DNA from: an uncultured Alphaproteobacteria bacterium
GTDB taxonomy: Bacteria > Pseudomonadota > Alphaproteobacteria > Micavibrionales > Micavibrionaceae
Length of the DNA: 64,000 bases
NCBI GenBank assembly: GCA_963977495.1
Contig: CAXBOT010000001.1
Coordinates: 801,264 to 865,263 of the forward strand
Direction: 5' to 3'
The notes under the pieces were generated by a model that saw nothing but the letters and a program-made list of their open reading frames with translations, made no database searches and was not told where the DNA came from. Both the position numbers and the translations under genes were made by a program. Below, in pieces: positions 55,574 to 64,000 of the stretch (positions are counted from its first letter, which is position 1; each line of letters starts with the position of its first letter).

Positions 55574-56599
55574 ATGTCCAAACAAGAAAGTATAATCAAA
55601 TTCCCTTCAGCAATAGACCCTCATTTCAAGATGATTGATGTAGGGCGAAAACGTCCGACACGAAGGCGTGCTGTCGCTGCAGGGAAGATCTACATGGGGG
55701 CGGAAGCCTTTGACCGAATAAAAACCAGTACATTACCCAAGGGCGATGTTTTAGCTTTAGCAGAAGCAGCTGGAATCACAGGAGCAAAGAAAACACCTGA
55801 CATGCTTCCTATGTGCCATACCTTACCATTGGATCAGGTCACAATACATTGCGCCCTTGATGACACGAACCACAGTGTTATCGTTTATTGTCAGGCCGCA
55901 GCATATGCCAAAACCGGCGTTGAGATGGAAGCGTTAGCTGGAGTCCATAACGCCCTACTAACAATCTGGGATTTAACCAAAGGTGTTGATCCCAATTTAA
56001 CAATAGGTGACATAAGCTTATTACTAAAAACTGGTGGAAAAAGTGGTGTATGGGTTAATCCTAACGGAATTCCGGACTGGCTGGCCTCACAGCTTGATGA
56101 TGAAAAAGTATTGAAAGACAAAACAGCGGCCTTTGTTGTTATGAGCGACCGTGCATCAAAAGGTGAATATGAAGATAAAACGGGCCCGGTTCTGGAAGAG
56201 GTTTTAATATCTGCCGGGGCCAAACTGGTCAACCATATTATTATCCCTGATGATCAAGATACTATTGCAGCAACAATTAAATCAATTTGTTCAGAACATA
56301 GCCCGGATATTCTTATTGCATCCGGAGGGACTGGGCCTGGCCCCAGAGATGTAACGCCTGACGTATTGCAAAAAATAAGTGATCGAATGCTAGAGGGCCT
56401 TGGTAATCACTTACGGAATGAGAGCATGCATTACACGGATACAGCCTGGCTTTCACGTATGACTGCCGGAATGGTTGGTTCTACCCTTGTGATCGCATTT
56501 CCGGGATCACCAAAGGCCGTCAAAGAATGCTGGAATATTATTGCGCCCTTCATTGGTGATGCCTTGGACAAAATCAAAAAACAGGGGTACGGGGGGTAA
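55574..56599 (+). CDS. moaC: bifunctional MoaC (cyclic pyranopterin monophosphate synthase) / MoaB-Mog-like protein
   Basis: N-terminal half MIDVG.K..T.R.A...MCHTLPL; C-terminal half AAFVVMSDRAS...SGGTGPGPRDVTPD. Confidence 0.9.
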   Translation: MSKQESIIKFPSAIDPHFKMIDVGRKRPTRRRAVAAGKIYMGAEAFDRIKTSTLPKGDVLALAEAAGITGAKKTPDMLPMCHTLPLDQVTIHCALDDTNHSVIVYCQAAAYAKTGVEMEALAGVHNALLTIWDLTKGVDPNLTIGDISLLLKTGGKSGVWVNPNGIPDWLASQLDDEKVLKDKTAAFVVMSDRASKGEYEDKTGPVLEEVLISAGAKLVNHIIIPDDQDTIAATIKSICSEHSPDILIASGGTGPGPRDVTPDVLQKISDRMLEGLGNHLRNESMHYTDTAWLSRMTAGMVGSTLVIAFPGSPKAVKECWNIIAPFIGDALDKIKKQGYGG

Positions 56600-56601
56600 T
56601 C

Positions 56602-56853
56602 ATGGCAACCATGACTTTATCGATCAGATGCTTTGGTGTCTTTAGGCAGTTTGGAGAAACTCTATCATTGGAAGTGCCCCAAGACACCACTATTCATGAC
56701 ATTAAGAATAGACTTACTGAACTTCTAGAAGGGGCACATAAAGAGTTAATTAAAGATTCTGTTTTAGCAAATGACACAGACATCCTTCCTGATACTTACG
56801 TGGTTCATGGGAAAACAAAACTTTCTATATTACCGCCAGTTTGCGGGGGGTAA
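56602..56853 (+). CDS. moaD: molybdopterin synthase sulfur-carrier subunit
   Basis: 83 aa, ubiquitin-like, C-terminal ...PPVCGG. Confidence 0.88.
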   Translation: MATMTLSIRCFGVFRQFGETLSLEVPQDTTIHDIKNRLTELLEGAHKELIKDSVLANDTDILPDTYVVHGKTKLSILPPVCGG

Positions 56854-56854
56854 G

Positions 56855-57349
56855 ATGAACAAAATCACAGTAAAAGTAAGTACTGACTCGATAGAGATAC
56901 AAGACGCTGTCGCCTACGTTTCTGATCCTGCGCATGGTGCGATAGACACATTTATAGGTACTGTCCGTAACAATCATGAGGGAAAGACCGTCACTGGTAT
57001 TACATATGACGTTCATGATGCGCTCACAAAAAATGTTTTAAAAGAAATTTGTGACGAAGCAACAGGCATGTGGGCAAGCACAAATTACTATGTTGCGCAT
57101 TACAAAGGCGTCCTAGATGTTGGAGGCATAAGTATTGTAATTGCTGTCAGTTCTGCACATAGGGGAGAAAGTTTTGACGCATGTCGCTACGTTATTGAAG
57201 AAATCAAAAAACGTGCGCCCATATGGAAGAAAGAGCATTATCGGGATGGTAAGAGTGATTGGCTACCTGGTCATTCTTTAACATCAGAAGCGGAAGAAAG
57301 TTTGTTATGTTGCGGGCATTGCCAAAAGGAGACACAAGGCCATGTCTGA
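56855..57349 (+). CDS. moaE: molybdopterin synthase catalytic subunit
   Basis: ATG at 56855, 1 nt after moaD stop; GAIDTFIGTVRN, IWKKEHY motifs; ORF-track start 56771 lies inside moaD. Confidence 0.88.
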   Translation: MNKITVKVSTDSIEIQDAVAYVSDPAHGAIDTFIGTVRNNHEGKTVTGITYDVHDALTKNVLKEICDEATGMWASTNYYVAHYKGVLDVGGISIVIAVSSAHRGESFDACRYVIEEIKKRAPIWKKEHYRDGKSDWLPGHSLTSEAEESLLCCGHCQKETQGHV

Positions 57350-57857
57350 CAATAACGCAGGTGTTGTATTGGTTGGAGGTCAATCAAGCCGCATGGGGGC
57401 GAACAAGGCGTTATTAGAGTATAAAGGAAAACCATTAATCGAACATATGGCCGACATTTTAAAATCATCCGGTCTTCAAAACATTATATTCAGCGGACAG
57501 ATAGATGGTTATCAATGCACCCCGGATGACACTCCCTTCGAAGGCCCGGCAAAAGCGATGTTTCGCATTGTAGAACAAAACCATCATTATGATGGATTCG
57601 TATTCGTTCCTATCGATATGCCGCTACTGAATCCAAAAATGCTGCACCTACTCATGGAACACAAAGATGGCTGCTATTTTTCAAACTGGCCCTTACCCTG
57701 CTATATCAAATCATCCACTTTAAAATCTCAAAAAGATTCGGTTCAAGACTTACTAAACGAAAATGGAATAAATTCCATAGATCTGCCTGATCAATATGTC
57801 GCAGCAATGGTAAATGCGAATACCCCCGATGATTGGAAGAAAGTAGTGAACTTATGA
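57342..57857 (+). CDS. mobA: molybdenum cofactor guanylyltransferase
   Basis: GVVLVGGQSSRMGANKALL; 171 aa. Confidence 0.88.
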   Translation: MSDNNAGVVLVGGQSSRMGANKALLEYKGKPLIEHMADILKSSGLQNIIFSGQIDGYQCTPDDTPFEGPAKAMFRIVEQNHHYDGFVFVPIDMPLLNPKMLHLLMEHKDGCYFSNWPLPCYIKSSTLKSQKDSVQDLLNENGINSIDLPDQYVAAMVNANTPDDWKKVVNL

Positions 57858-58219
57858 ATGTTAAAATTGCTGAAAATTCCGTAACATTCAAAATAACAGA
57901 AGAAGAGCTCAACCTTCTTCTAAGTGGACAATCTTTAGAAACCATTGTTCCTATAGCAGGAAATGATTTTGCAATGGTTATACAACCCTCAAAAAAAGAC
58001 ATTGATGCCCCGTTAATTTTAATCTTGGATCGAGATGAATCCTGTATGCAGCTCACTACCACGAGTGCGCAGCTTCAAAAACTCATGGATATTGGTAAAA
58101 ATCGAGAAGGTCTTTCAAGCATGTTGAACACTCTGCGTGTTAGCCTGCAAGTTGATGTCCGTGCCGACTCCAGACCAAGAAAAGATCCCTTGAGAAAAAG
58201 AAACAAACGATGCTCTTAG
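57854..58219 (+). CDS. hypothetical protein (121 aa), translationally coupled between mobA and tauE
   Basis: ATGA overlap with mobA stop; 10-nt overlap with next ATG; basic tail RPRKDPLRKRNKR; no recognised motif. Confidence 0.55.
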   Translation: MNVKIAENSVTFKITEEELNLLLSGQSLETIVPIAGNDFAMVIQPSKKDIDAPLILILDRDESCMQLTTTSAQLQKLMDIGKNREGLSSMLNTLRVSLQVDVRADSRPRKDPLRKRNKRCS

Positions 58220-58977
58220 GGACTTTCTTTTTTGCGACAGCTCTGATTTATGCGTGTGTTGGCTTCGGCGGCGGCTCAACTTATAACGCACTTTTAGTCT
58301 TAAACGATACTGATTATAGAATTCTACCTTTTATTGCTCTCAGTTGTAACATCATCGTTGTCAGTGGTGGTGTTTGGTTTTTTTCAAAAGCCGGGCATAT
58401 CAATATAAAAAAAATATTGCCCTGGATTTTGTTTTCAGTCCCTGCAGCATGGATTGGTGGCTACATAGAAGTACCCGAAACAGTTTTTATTGGGCTATTA
58501 GGCTGCACGCTTCTTATCGCCGGCATAAAAATGCTTTGGCCTGAAGAAAAAGCAATATCAATCAAAACCGAGCACACTCTAAAGTTAGTACACTCATCTT
58601 TCACACCATCTGTAATTGGAGGATTACTAGGTCTTTTAGCCGGATTAACAGGTATTGGTGGAGGTATATTTCTTGCGCCTATTCTTCACTTCTTACGTTG
58701 GGGAGATCCAAAAAACATAGCCGGAACGTGCAGTCTTTTTATTCTTGTTAATTCCTTGTCTGGTTTGATCGGACAAACCATGAAACTCAACGAAATAGAT
58801 GCTTTATCGTCCATTTCATCGTATTGGATTTTATTCCCCAGCGTATTAATAGGAGGACAAATAGGTTCTTGGTTGGGATCCACAAAACTGGACGTAGTTG
58901 CCGTAAAGAAGGTTACAGCTTTACTCATTTTGTATGTATCAGCACGTCTACTTTATCGTTTTTGCACATTGGTATAG
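58210..58977 (+). CDS. TauE/SafE (DUF81) family anion exporter/permease
   Basis: 8-TM protein with duplicated G-x-GGG motifs (VGFGGGSTY; LTGIGGGIFLAP). Confidence 0.8.
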   Translation: MLLGTFFFATALIYACVGFGGGSTYNALLVLNDTDYRILPFIALSCNIIVVSGGVWFFSKAGHINIKKILPWILFSVPAAWIGGYIEVPETVFIGLLGCTLLIAGIKMLWPEEKAISIKTEHTLKLVHSSFTPSVIGGLLGLLAGLTGIGGGIFLAPILHFLRWGDPKNIAGTCSLFILVNSLSGLIGQTMKLNEIDALSSISSYWILFPSVLIGGQIGSWLGSTKLDVVAVKKVTALLILYVSARLLYRFCTLV

Positions 58978-60044
58978 TGCTCTGACCAAGATTCATAGCC
59001 GCCTGTGAGACTATAAACGTTCAAAAACCCCTTTTCCTTAAAGATTTGAGCTGCTTGCAAGCTACGCATACCTTTCTGGCAATATAGAAGAATATCTTTG
59101 TCATGAGGAAAATCGGGTATAATTCCTTTCATCAAAGTAGACAAAGGATAATGGTGGGAGCTACTCATCACTCCAGCTATTAACTCATCTTTCTCTCTAA
59201 CATCCACGACTATATAATTCTTGATATTAATATCTTGCGGATTTAATTCGGGAACAAACCCGCATACAGGAGAAGAATAACTTAAGATCACGTCCTCTTT
59301 CTTTTTGCTGCACACTGGACAGTCCGGATTTTTAGCGAGTGTCAATAATTGTGTTTCCATCGTCCTTGTATCCAGCAGCCAGAGCTTACCTATCAAAGGA
59401 TGGAAACTATCATGTCCAGTAATCAACTGTATTACTTGTAAGGCTTGTGTCACACCCACAAGCCCAGCAACAGCACCAATCACTCCCGCTTCAGCACAAT
59501 TCTGTATACGGGCCTTTGGCTTCTCAGGGTAAAGACAGCGATAACAAGGCCCCTGACGGACATCAAAAACGGAAGCTTGTCCTTCGAACCCCTGAATTGC
59601 GCCATAAATCCAGGGTTTTTTATATTTCACACAAGCGTCGTTAATAAGAAATTTTGTTTCAAAATTATCAGTACCATCAATGATAATATCGTAAGATTGC
59701 AGAAGTGTAGAAACATTATCAGCGTCTAAACCGTCAAGATAAGTCTCAATAACAATTTCAGGATTTAAAGCATGTAGTTTTTCTTTGGCTAAATTTGTTT
59801 TTTTGCCACCCACTGAATCGGTCGTAAAAAGAATTTGCCTATGCAGATTACTTTCATCAACAGCGTCAAAATCGACAATGCCGATTTTCCCAACACCTGC
59901 AGCCGCAAGGTACAATAAAGCAGGAGAGCCGAGCCCCCCTGCTCCAATACACAGTACAGAAGACTGCAAAAGTTTTTGTTGCCCTTCTTCTCCGATTTCA
60001 GGAAGAACCGTTTGTCTCTTATAACGTTTACCAACGCTCACCAT
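58953..60044 (-). CDS. moeB: molybdopterin-synthase adenylyltransferase with C-terminal rhodanese domain (MoeB/ThiF, MoeZ-type)
   Basis: ATG at 60044 (MVSVGKRYKRQTVLPEIGEEGQQKL); GAGGLGSP; CYRC/CPVC zinc site; rhodanese loop LLYCQKGMRS. Confidence 0.88.
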   Translation of the reverse strand: MVSVGKRYKRQTVLPEIGEEGQQKLLQSSVLCIGAGGLGSPALLYLAAAGVGKIGIVDFDAVDESNLHRQILFTTDSVGGKKTNLAKEKLHALNPEIVIETYLDGLDADNVSTLLQSYDIIIDGTDNFETKFLINDACVKYKKPWIYGAIQGFEGQASVFDVRQGPCYRCLYPEKPKARIQNCAEAGVIGAVAGLVGVTQALQVIQLITGHDSFHPLIGKLWLLDTRTMETQLLTLAKNPDCPVCSKKKEDVILSYSSPVCGFVPELNPQDINIKNYIVVDVREKDELIAGVMSSSHHYPLSTLMKGIIPDFPHDKDILLYCQKGMRSLQAAQIFKEKGFLNVYSLTGGYESWSEHYTNVQKR

Positions 60045-60054
60045 ATAACTTCCA

Positions 60055-61287
60055 TCATGCTGCTTTTTGTAACTCTTCACGCGGCCCAAAAAATTCAAAA
60101 TGCACTTGTGATGCAGGTATACCCCACTTCAATAGATCTTGATAGATATTAACCATAAATGGCTTGGGTCCACAGAAATAATAATCTGCATGGCGATCCG
60201 GGACAAATGATTCAATCAAAGCTGCATCAACAAACCCGGTCGAGCAATCCCCTGTACGTTCAAAACCGTCCTGTGCAGAATCACTATAGCGATAGTGTAT
60301 TGTCAAATTACTGTGCTGCTCGGCCAGCGCATCAATCGTAGCTTTAAATGGCTGTACATCTTCGTTCAAACATCCGTGAATAAGAACAATGTCCCGATCC
60401 GGCATTGCGCTTAGTGTCGACTTCAAAATACTGAGGATGGGGGTAATTCCAATCCCTGCAGCCAACAAGACCAAGGGACGTTCGTGACGATCTTTGACAT
60501 TCAGGAAAAACTCGCCACATGGCGGCCCGATTTCAAGCGTATCACCAACATTTTTGTTGGCATGCAAAATATTAGAGACATACCCATCAGGTACAGTCGC
60601 CTTTAATTCGGTTTCTTTTTTAACACTGATCCGAAAATAGTCCTGTCCCGGCTTATCGGATAAACTATAATTACGCATCGTCGTTAAACCATCCAGTGTG
60701 GGCATGCGCACTGTAATATATTGACCGGGCATATATTCTGGTAATGCACCACCATCTTCGGGTTGCAAATAAAAAGATGTGATGACGCTGCTTTCCTGTT
60801 CTTTTCGATCAATTCTAAACGTTCTAAAGCCTTCCCAGCCTCCATCTTGCTCTGCTGTCTCCTTATAAATTTGTTTTTCACGACCGATCAGAATATCAGC
60901 TAGAAAACCATAAGCCTCGGCCCATGCATTAATGACATCTTCAGTTGCCCCCTCACCTAACACTTCACGAATAGATGCCAATAAGTTCTCGCCAACAATA
61001 GGGTAATGCTCCGGCTTAATTTGTAGCGACGCATGTTTATGGGCAATAAGCTCTACCGCACCACCCAACACTTCCAGATTATCAATATTAGCCGCGTAAG
61101 CACATATAGCACCCGCCAGAGCACGTTGCTGTGTTCCCCCCTCTTGATTGGCCGGATTAAAGAAAGGTAAAACCTCCGGATTATGTGAGAACATGCGCTT
61201 GTAAAAATGCTTCGTAAGGGTTTCCCCATGCTCCTGCAAAATAGGAGCTGTAGATTTAACGATATCAATGGTTTGTTGACTAAGCAT
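60055..61287 (-). CDS. hmp: flavohaemoglobin (NO dioxygenase)
   Basis: ATG at 61287 gives MLSQQTIDIVKSTAPILQEHG...HFYKRMFSHNPE (globin); RNYSLS FAD motif; GIGITP NAD motif; ORF-track N-terminal 17 aa rejected. Confidence 0.93.
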   Translation of the reverse strand: MLSQQTIDIVKSTAPILQEHGETLTKHFYKRMFSHNPEVLPFFNPANQEGGTQQRALAGAICAYAANIDNLEVLGGAVELIAHKHASLQIKPEHYPIVGENLLASIREVLGEGATEDVINAWAEAYGFLADILIGREKQIYKETAEQDGGWEGFRTFRIDRKEQESSVITSFYLQPEDGGALPEYMPGQYITVRMPTLDGLTTMRNYSLSDKPGQDYFRISVKKETELKATVPDGYVSNILHANKNVGDTLEIGPPCGEFFLNVKDRHERPLVLLAAGIGITPILSILKSTLSAMPDRDIVLIHGCLNEDVQPFKATIDALAEQHSNLTIHYRYSDSAQDGFERTGDCSTGFVDAALIESFVPDRHADYYFCGPKPFMVNIYQDLLKWGIPASQVHFEFFGPREELQKAA

Positions 61288-61304
61288 GGTAAAAAACCTT
61301 TCAT

Positions 61305-61327
61305 AATATGTATTTTGAATGTATATT
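61305..61327. promoter_or_regulatory. NsrR-operator-like 11-1-11 inverted repeat AATATGTATTT-T-GAATGTATATT in the hmp/nsrR intergenic region
   Basis: Resembles the AAnATGnATTT half-site consensus; 18 nt upstream of hmp ATG. Confidence 0.45.
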
Positions 61328-61371
61328 ATGTTTACCATGGAAAATTAGCAACCCTGTTTTATAGTAAAAAT

Positions 61372-61791
61372 ATGCAATTAACTTCTTTTACAGATTATGG
61401 CCTTCGCACCTTGATGTATCTTGCTGAGCATCCAGACAGACTATCAAGTGTGAAAGAGGTCTCCGAATATCACAGTATATCGCGCAACCATTTGGTAAAG
61501 GTGGTACACCGCCTGTCTCAGCTTGGTTATATCTGCTCAACCAAAGGCAAAGGTGGCGGAATTAGGATTGCACAAGGTATGAAAAAATTACGGTTGGGCG
61601 ATATCATAACCAACCTTGAACCCAACATGTATATGGTTGAATGCTTTGATGAAAAGACCAACACATGCAAAATCACAGGTTCCTGTCAACTTAAGCATTA
61701 CCTTTTTGAAGCAACGAAAAAATTTATTGAAACAATGAATGAATATACGCTGGCAGATGCCATTAAAAGCAGTATCGCTGCAAAAATTTAG
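61372..61791 (+). CDS. nsrR: NO-sensing Rrf2-family repressor
   Basis: ATG at 61372 gives MQLTSFTDYGLRTLMYLA; three Cys ECFDEKTNTCKITGSC; divergent from hmp. Confidence 0.9.
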   Translation: MQLTSFTDYGLRTLMYLAEHPDRLSSVKEVSEYHSISRNHLVKVVHRLSQLGYICSTKGKGGGIRIAQGMKKLRLGDIITNLEPNMYMVECFDEKTNTCKITGSCQLKHYLFEATKKFIETMNEYTLADAIKSSIAAKI

Positions 61792-61798
61792 ATCCGTG

Positions 61799-62155
61799 TT
61801 ATGGTTTTTCCGGTCGTGTAATTATAAATAAACTAACAACGCTTAGAATGATCGCTTGCGTCCATAACACAATAACTGGCACGCTCAGGGCTATACTTAC
61901 TGCAAATGTTGCCACAATAGTAACAAGCGCAAAAATCTTTGTTTTTCGGGCAATACTTCCGTTTGCTTGCCAGTCTTGTATTGGTTTTCCTAAATGTGCA
62001 TGAGACACAAGCCAATTGTAACAACGCTTCGATGAGCGTGAAAAAGAAAACGCACATAACAATAAAAAGGGGGTTGTTGGTAACAAAGGCAATAATGTGC
62101 CAATAATACCCAAAAACAAACTACAAAATCCTAGACATAGCCAAAAAATACGCAT
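61799..62155 (-). CDS. ybaN: DUF454/YbaN-family inner-membrane protein
   Basis: 118 aa; LLPLLPTTPFLLL motif; 3-4 TM helices. Confidence 0.8.
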   Translation of the reverse strand: MRIFWLCLGFCSLFLGIIGTLLPLLPTTPFLLLCAFSFSRSSKRCYNWLVSHAHLGKPIQDWQANGSIARKTKIFALVTIVATFAVSIALSVPVIVLWTQAIILSVVSLFIITRPEKP

Positions 62156-62203
62156 TGTTAAAAGCTCAAACCCCTATTTTTCATCTTCTATGCTGCATAA
62201 ATA

Positions 62204-62677
62204 TCACTTAAAATATTTGGAATAATTTTCTAAGTAGTATTGGATGTTTTGAGCGTTTTCTTGGCTGCCGCTATTACTAAGCTCTTCAACCTCCGGCATA
62301 TACCCCATAAGGAAGATATGTAATTGGTCATGTGGCTCACCTTCCATAGTGCAGCCTCTTATCAAATCATCTAGATTCTTTTGAAGGGCTATGCCATAAG
62401 ATTTTAATTCGTCATTATTGAGTGAAGCTATATCGGTGTTTAAAAACAATTCAACCATTTGCGCAAATGATTGCCTTGTATGATCATCCATTTCCCATTT
62501 TTCGTCATTATTTAAGCTCATGCCATCAATGCCGTCGGCTTTCTTATGTTCAGCTTTTTGTGTTTGCTTTTCTTCCAAGCTGCTAGAAGGCATGTCTTTG
62601 GTTTTCTCTTGCGCAAAACTCTGTGAACTTACAAAGAGCAGTCCTATTAAAAAGGCGTTTAAAATTATACGTTTCAT
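62204..62677 (-). CDS. secreted hypothetical protein (157 aa)
   Basis: Signal peptide MKRIILNAFLIGLLFVSSQSFA; downstream of the ABC genes on the same strand. Confidence 0.6.
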   Translation of the reverse strand: MKRIILNAFLIGLLFVSSQSFAQEKTKDMPSSSLEEKQTQKAEHKKADGIDGMSLNNDEKWEMDDHTRQSFAQMVELFLNTDIASLNNDELKSYGIALQKNLDDLIRGCTMEGEPHDQLHIFLMGYMPEVEELSNSGSQENAQNIQYYLENYSKYFK

Positions 62678-62702
62678 GTTAGTTTTCCTTGTAATTTAGG
62701 GG

Positions 62703-63401
62703 TTAACTTTCTAGCCATCCATCTCTTAAGTGAAAGATATGGTCAAAGCGATCATAGATTTTCTCATCGTGTGTAACAGCCAGTATAGCCGCTTTCTGCT
62801 CTGCAGCAACTTTGCGCAAAAGATCCATGACAATGCCCGCCCGCACCGAGTCTAGAGCTGCGGTAGGTTCATCCGCAAGGATTATTCGAGGATGGTTAGC
62901 CAAAGCACGTGCAATAGCAACACGCTGCGCCTCCCCGCCAGAGAGCTGTGATGGAAACGCTGATCTTCGGTGTCCTACTTCAAGATACTCCAACAATTCA
63001 ACAGCCCTTGCTTTGGATTCCGCCGCATTAAATCCTGCAAGTTTTAACACAAGAGCAATGTTATCTGTAGCATCAAGAAAGGGTATGAGATTGTGAAATT
63101 GGAAGATAAAGCCAATTTTTTCAAGTCGTAACTTCCGTAAATCTGATTGTAGCCAACGTTCATCATAAACAATATCTCCGTCAAGCTTGACCTGACCACT
63201 GCTCGGCTCCAAAATACAGCCGATAACGTTTAAAAGAGTGGTTTTTCCAGAGCCGCTGGGCCCAAGCAACCCAACAACTTGACCGGGATATACTTCTAAG
63301 CTGACTTCGCGCAGAGCATCAACGCGAGCATCACCTTCACCGAAATGTTTGGATACTTTTTGCAGTTTAACGAGAGGACTTTGTTGAGTAGTATCGTTCA
63401 T
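62703..63401 (-). CDS. ABC transporter ATP-binding protein (MacB/LolD/DevA-type)
   Basis: Walker A GPSGSGKTT, signature LSGGEAQR, Walker B ILADEPT. Confidence 0.92.
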   Translation of the reverse strand: MNDTTQQSPLVKLQKVSKHFGEGDARVDALREVSLEVYPGQVVGLLGPSGSGKTTLLNVIGCILEPSSGQVKLDGDIVYDERWLQSDLRKLRLEKIGFIFQFHNLIPFLDATDNIALVLKLAGFNAAESKARAVELLEYLEVGHRRSAFPSQLSGGEAQRVAIARALANHPRIILADEPTAALDSVRAGIVMDLLRKVAAEQKAAILAVTHDEKIYDRFDHIFHLRDGWLES

Positions 63402-63405
63402 AACC

Positions 63406-64000
63406 TCATCCTCCCAATGCCGTAGCAGGATCGACTTTCAAAGCAAGCCGAACACCGAGAGCACTTGAAAAGATACAAACAAAAATAACCGCTGCGGCAA
63501 GGGCTATCCCGTCTTCCGGCTGGAGGACAACACGGCGAGGAAAATAATCTTTAATACTGACGATCAACAAAGCTCCTAAACCAAAGCCAATTATTCCCAT
63601 TGCCAAAGCTTGCTGCACAATCAGGCCTATAATTGTTCGGTCCGGCGCACCAATTAGTTTCAACGTTGCGATTTCCCGTATCTTATCCATCGTCATCGTG
63701 TAAATAATGAGAGCGATAATTACTGCTGAAACTATGAGCAAAAGCGCGGTAAATAGGCCGATTTGTTTGCGGGCTTTCTCCACAACTGAACGAAGCAGGA
63801 TGTTCTCCTGCTCTGCCTGTGTCATGGCGGCTAGATGTTTCCAACGCTGAATCGTTTCGACGGCATCATCAGGGTTGGTCTGCGGGCGAAGCTGGGCAAC
63901 AACGGCATTGATCGTATCAAGGTCAGTGCCGTTGGGTGCGTTTCCGCGCGCGACCTCGCGACGAGCGGCGGGCGGCGCCAGCTCAAATTGTAATTCCTGA
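63406..64000 (-). CDS. ABC transporter permease, FtsX/MacB-type; N-terminal part outside window
   Basis: FtsX C-terminal TM bundle (KIREIATLKLIGAPDRTIIGLIVQQALAMG...). Frame stays open upstream of the listed Met to base 64000. Confidence 0.85.
   Translation of the reverse strand, partial: QELQFELAPPAARREVARGNAPNGTDLDTINAVVAQLRPQTNPDDAVETIQRWKHLAAMTQAEQENILLRSVVEKARKQIGLFTALLLIVSAVIIALIIYTMTMDKIREIATLKLIGAPDRTIIGLIVQQALAMGIIGFGLGALLIVSIKDYFPRRVVLQPEDGIALAAAVIFVCIFSSALGVRLALKVDPATALGG

Noticed and set aside
56771-56854. Longer moaE start inside moaD; likewise long starts for narI (50145), moeB (60098), mscK (15429), nrdD (38526) and the LbH protein (53386)
   Set aside because: Each extension overlaps the preceding gene or lacks an RBS. 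The internal ATGs give canonical N-termini, signal peptides or SD sequences, or ATGA coupling.
61207-61371. N-terminal extension of nsrR (ORF-track start 61207) and of hmp (start 61338)
   Set aside because: The extensions overlap each other and the operator-like palindrome. The canonical N-termini MQLTSFTDYGLR (NsrR) and MLSQQTIDIVK (Hmp) begin at internal ATGs.
1-64000. CRISPR arrays, rRNA genes, IS elements, transposases, integrases, prophage genes
   Set aside because: I found no regularly spaced repeats and no ORF with DDE transposase, tyrosine/serine recombinase, capsid or terminase motifs. The only mobility signals are the tRNA fragment, short repeats and composition shifts.

Overview
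The window reads as an alphaproteobacterial chromosome segment in three parts. (1) Bases 1-8971 are a housekeeping block (dac-tmk-holB-metG-tatD-MBL hydrolase). It ends in an unusual permease/FG-GAP/ASPIC fusion gene. (2) Bases 9000-29700 are a patchy, mostly AT-richer accessory stretch. It holds a 692-aa protein with a kinase-like N-terminus bracketed by 12-bp inverted repeats, a DKNYY secreted protein, an MscK-type channel, and a two-gene module whose second protein has a RelE/ParE-like N-terminus. It also holds a Cys-less TlpA-like protein, sseA, a PAS histidine kinase with three single-domain response regulators, an orphan flagellin carrying a LamG-type insert, and several small secreted or hypothetical proteins. 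At 26.4-27.3 kb there is a 918-bp gap with no intact gene. The gap contains a truncated tRNA-Val 3' half, three ACTGCCCC direct repeats and a stump of a CDF transporter gene, which looks like an integration scar or island border. (3) Bases 29700-61800 are a compact anaerobic and nitrosative-stress island. Its genes are hemN, a UbiH-like monooxygenase, gcdH, a porin, beta-carbonic anhydrase, nrdDG, moeA and an Fnr-like regulator with a C-terminal Cys cluster. They continue with fused narK, narGHJI, a PpiC-type PPIase, nnrS, a Dnr-like regulator, moaA behind a Moco riboswitch, moaC/B-moaD-moaE-mobA, tauE, moeB-rhodanese and hmp-nsrR. Eight near-perfect CTTGAT-N4-ATCAAG (FNR/Anr/Dnr-type) boxes sit in front of its transcription units. 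The window ends with ybaN and a partial FtsX/ABC exporter operon. I found no CRISPR array, rRNA, intact tRNA, transposase or integrase. All motif coordinates were counted by hand, and homology statements rest on recognised motifs rather than searches.
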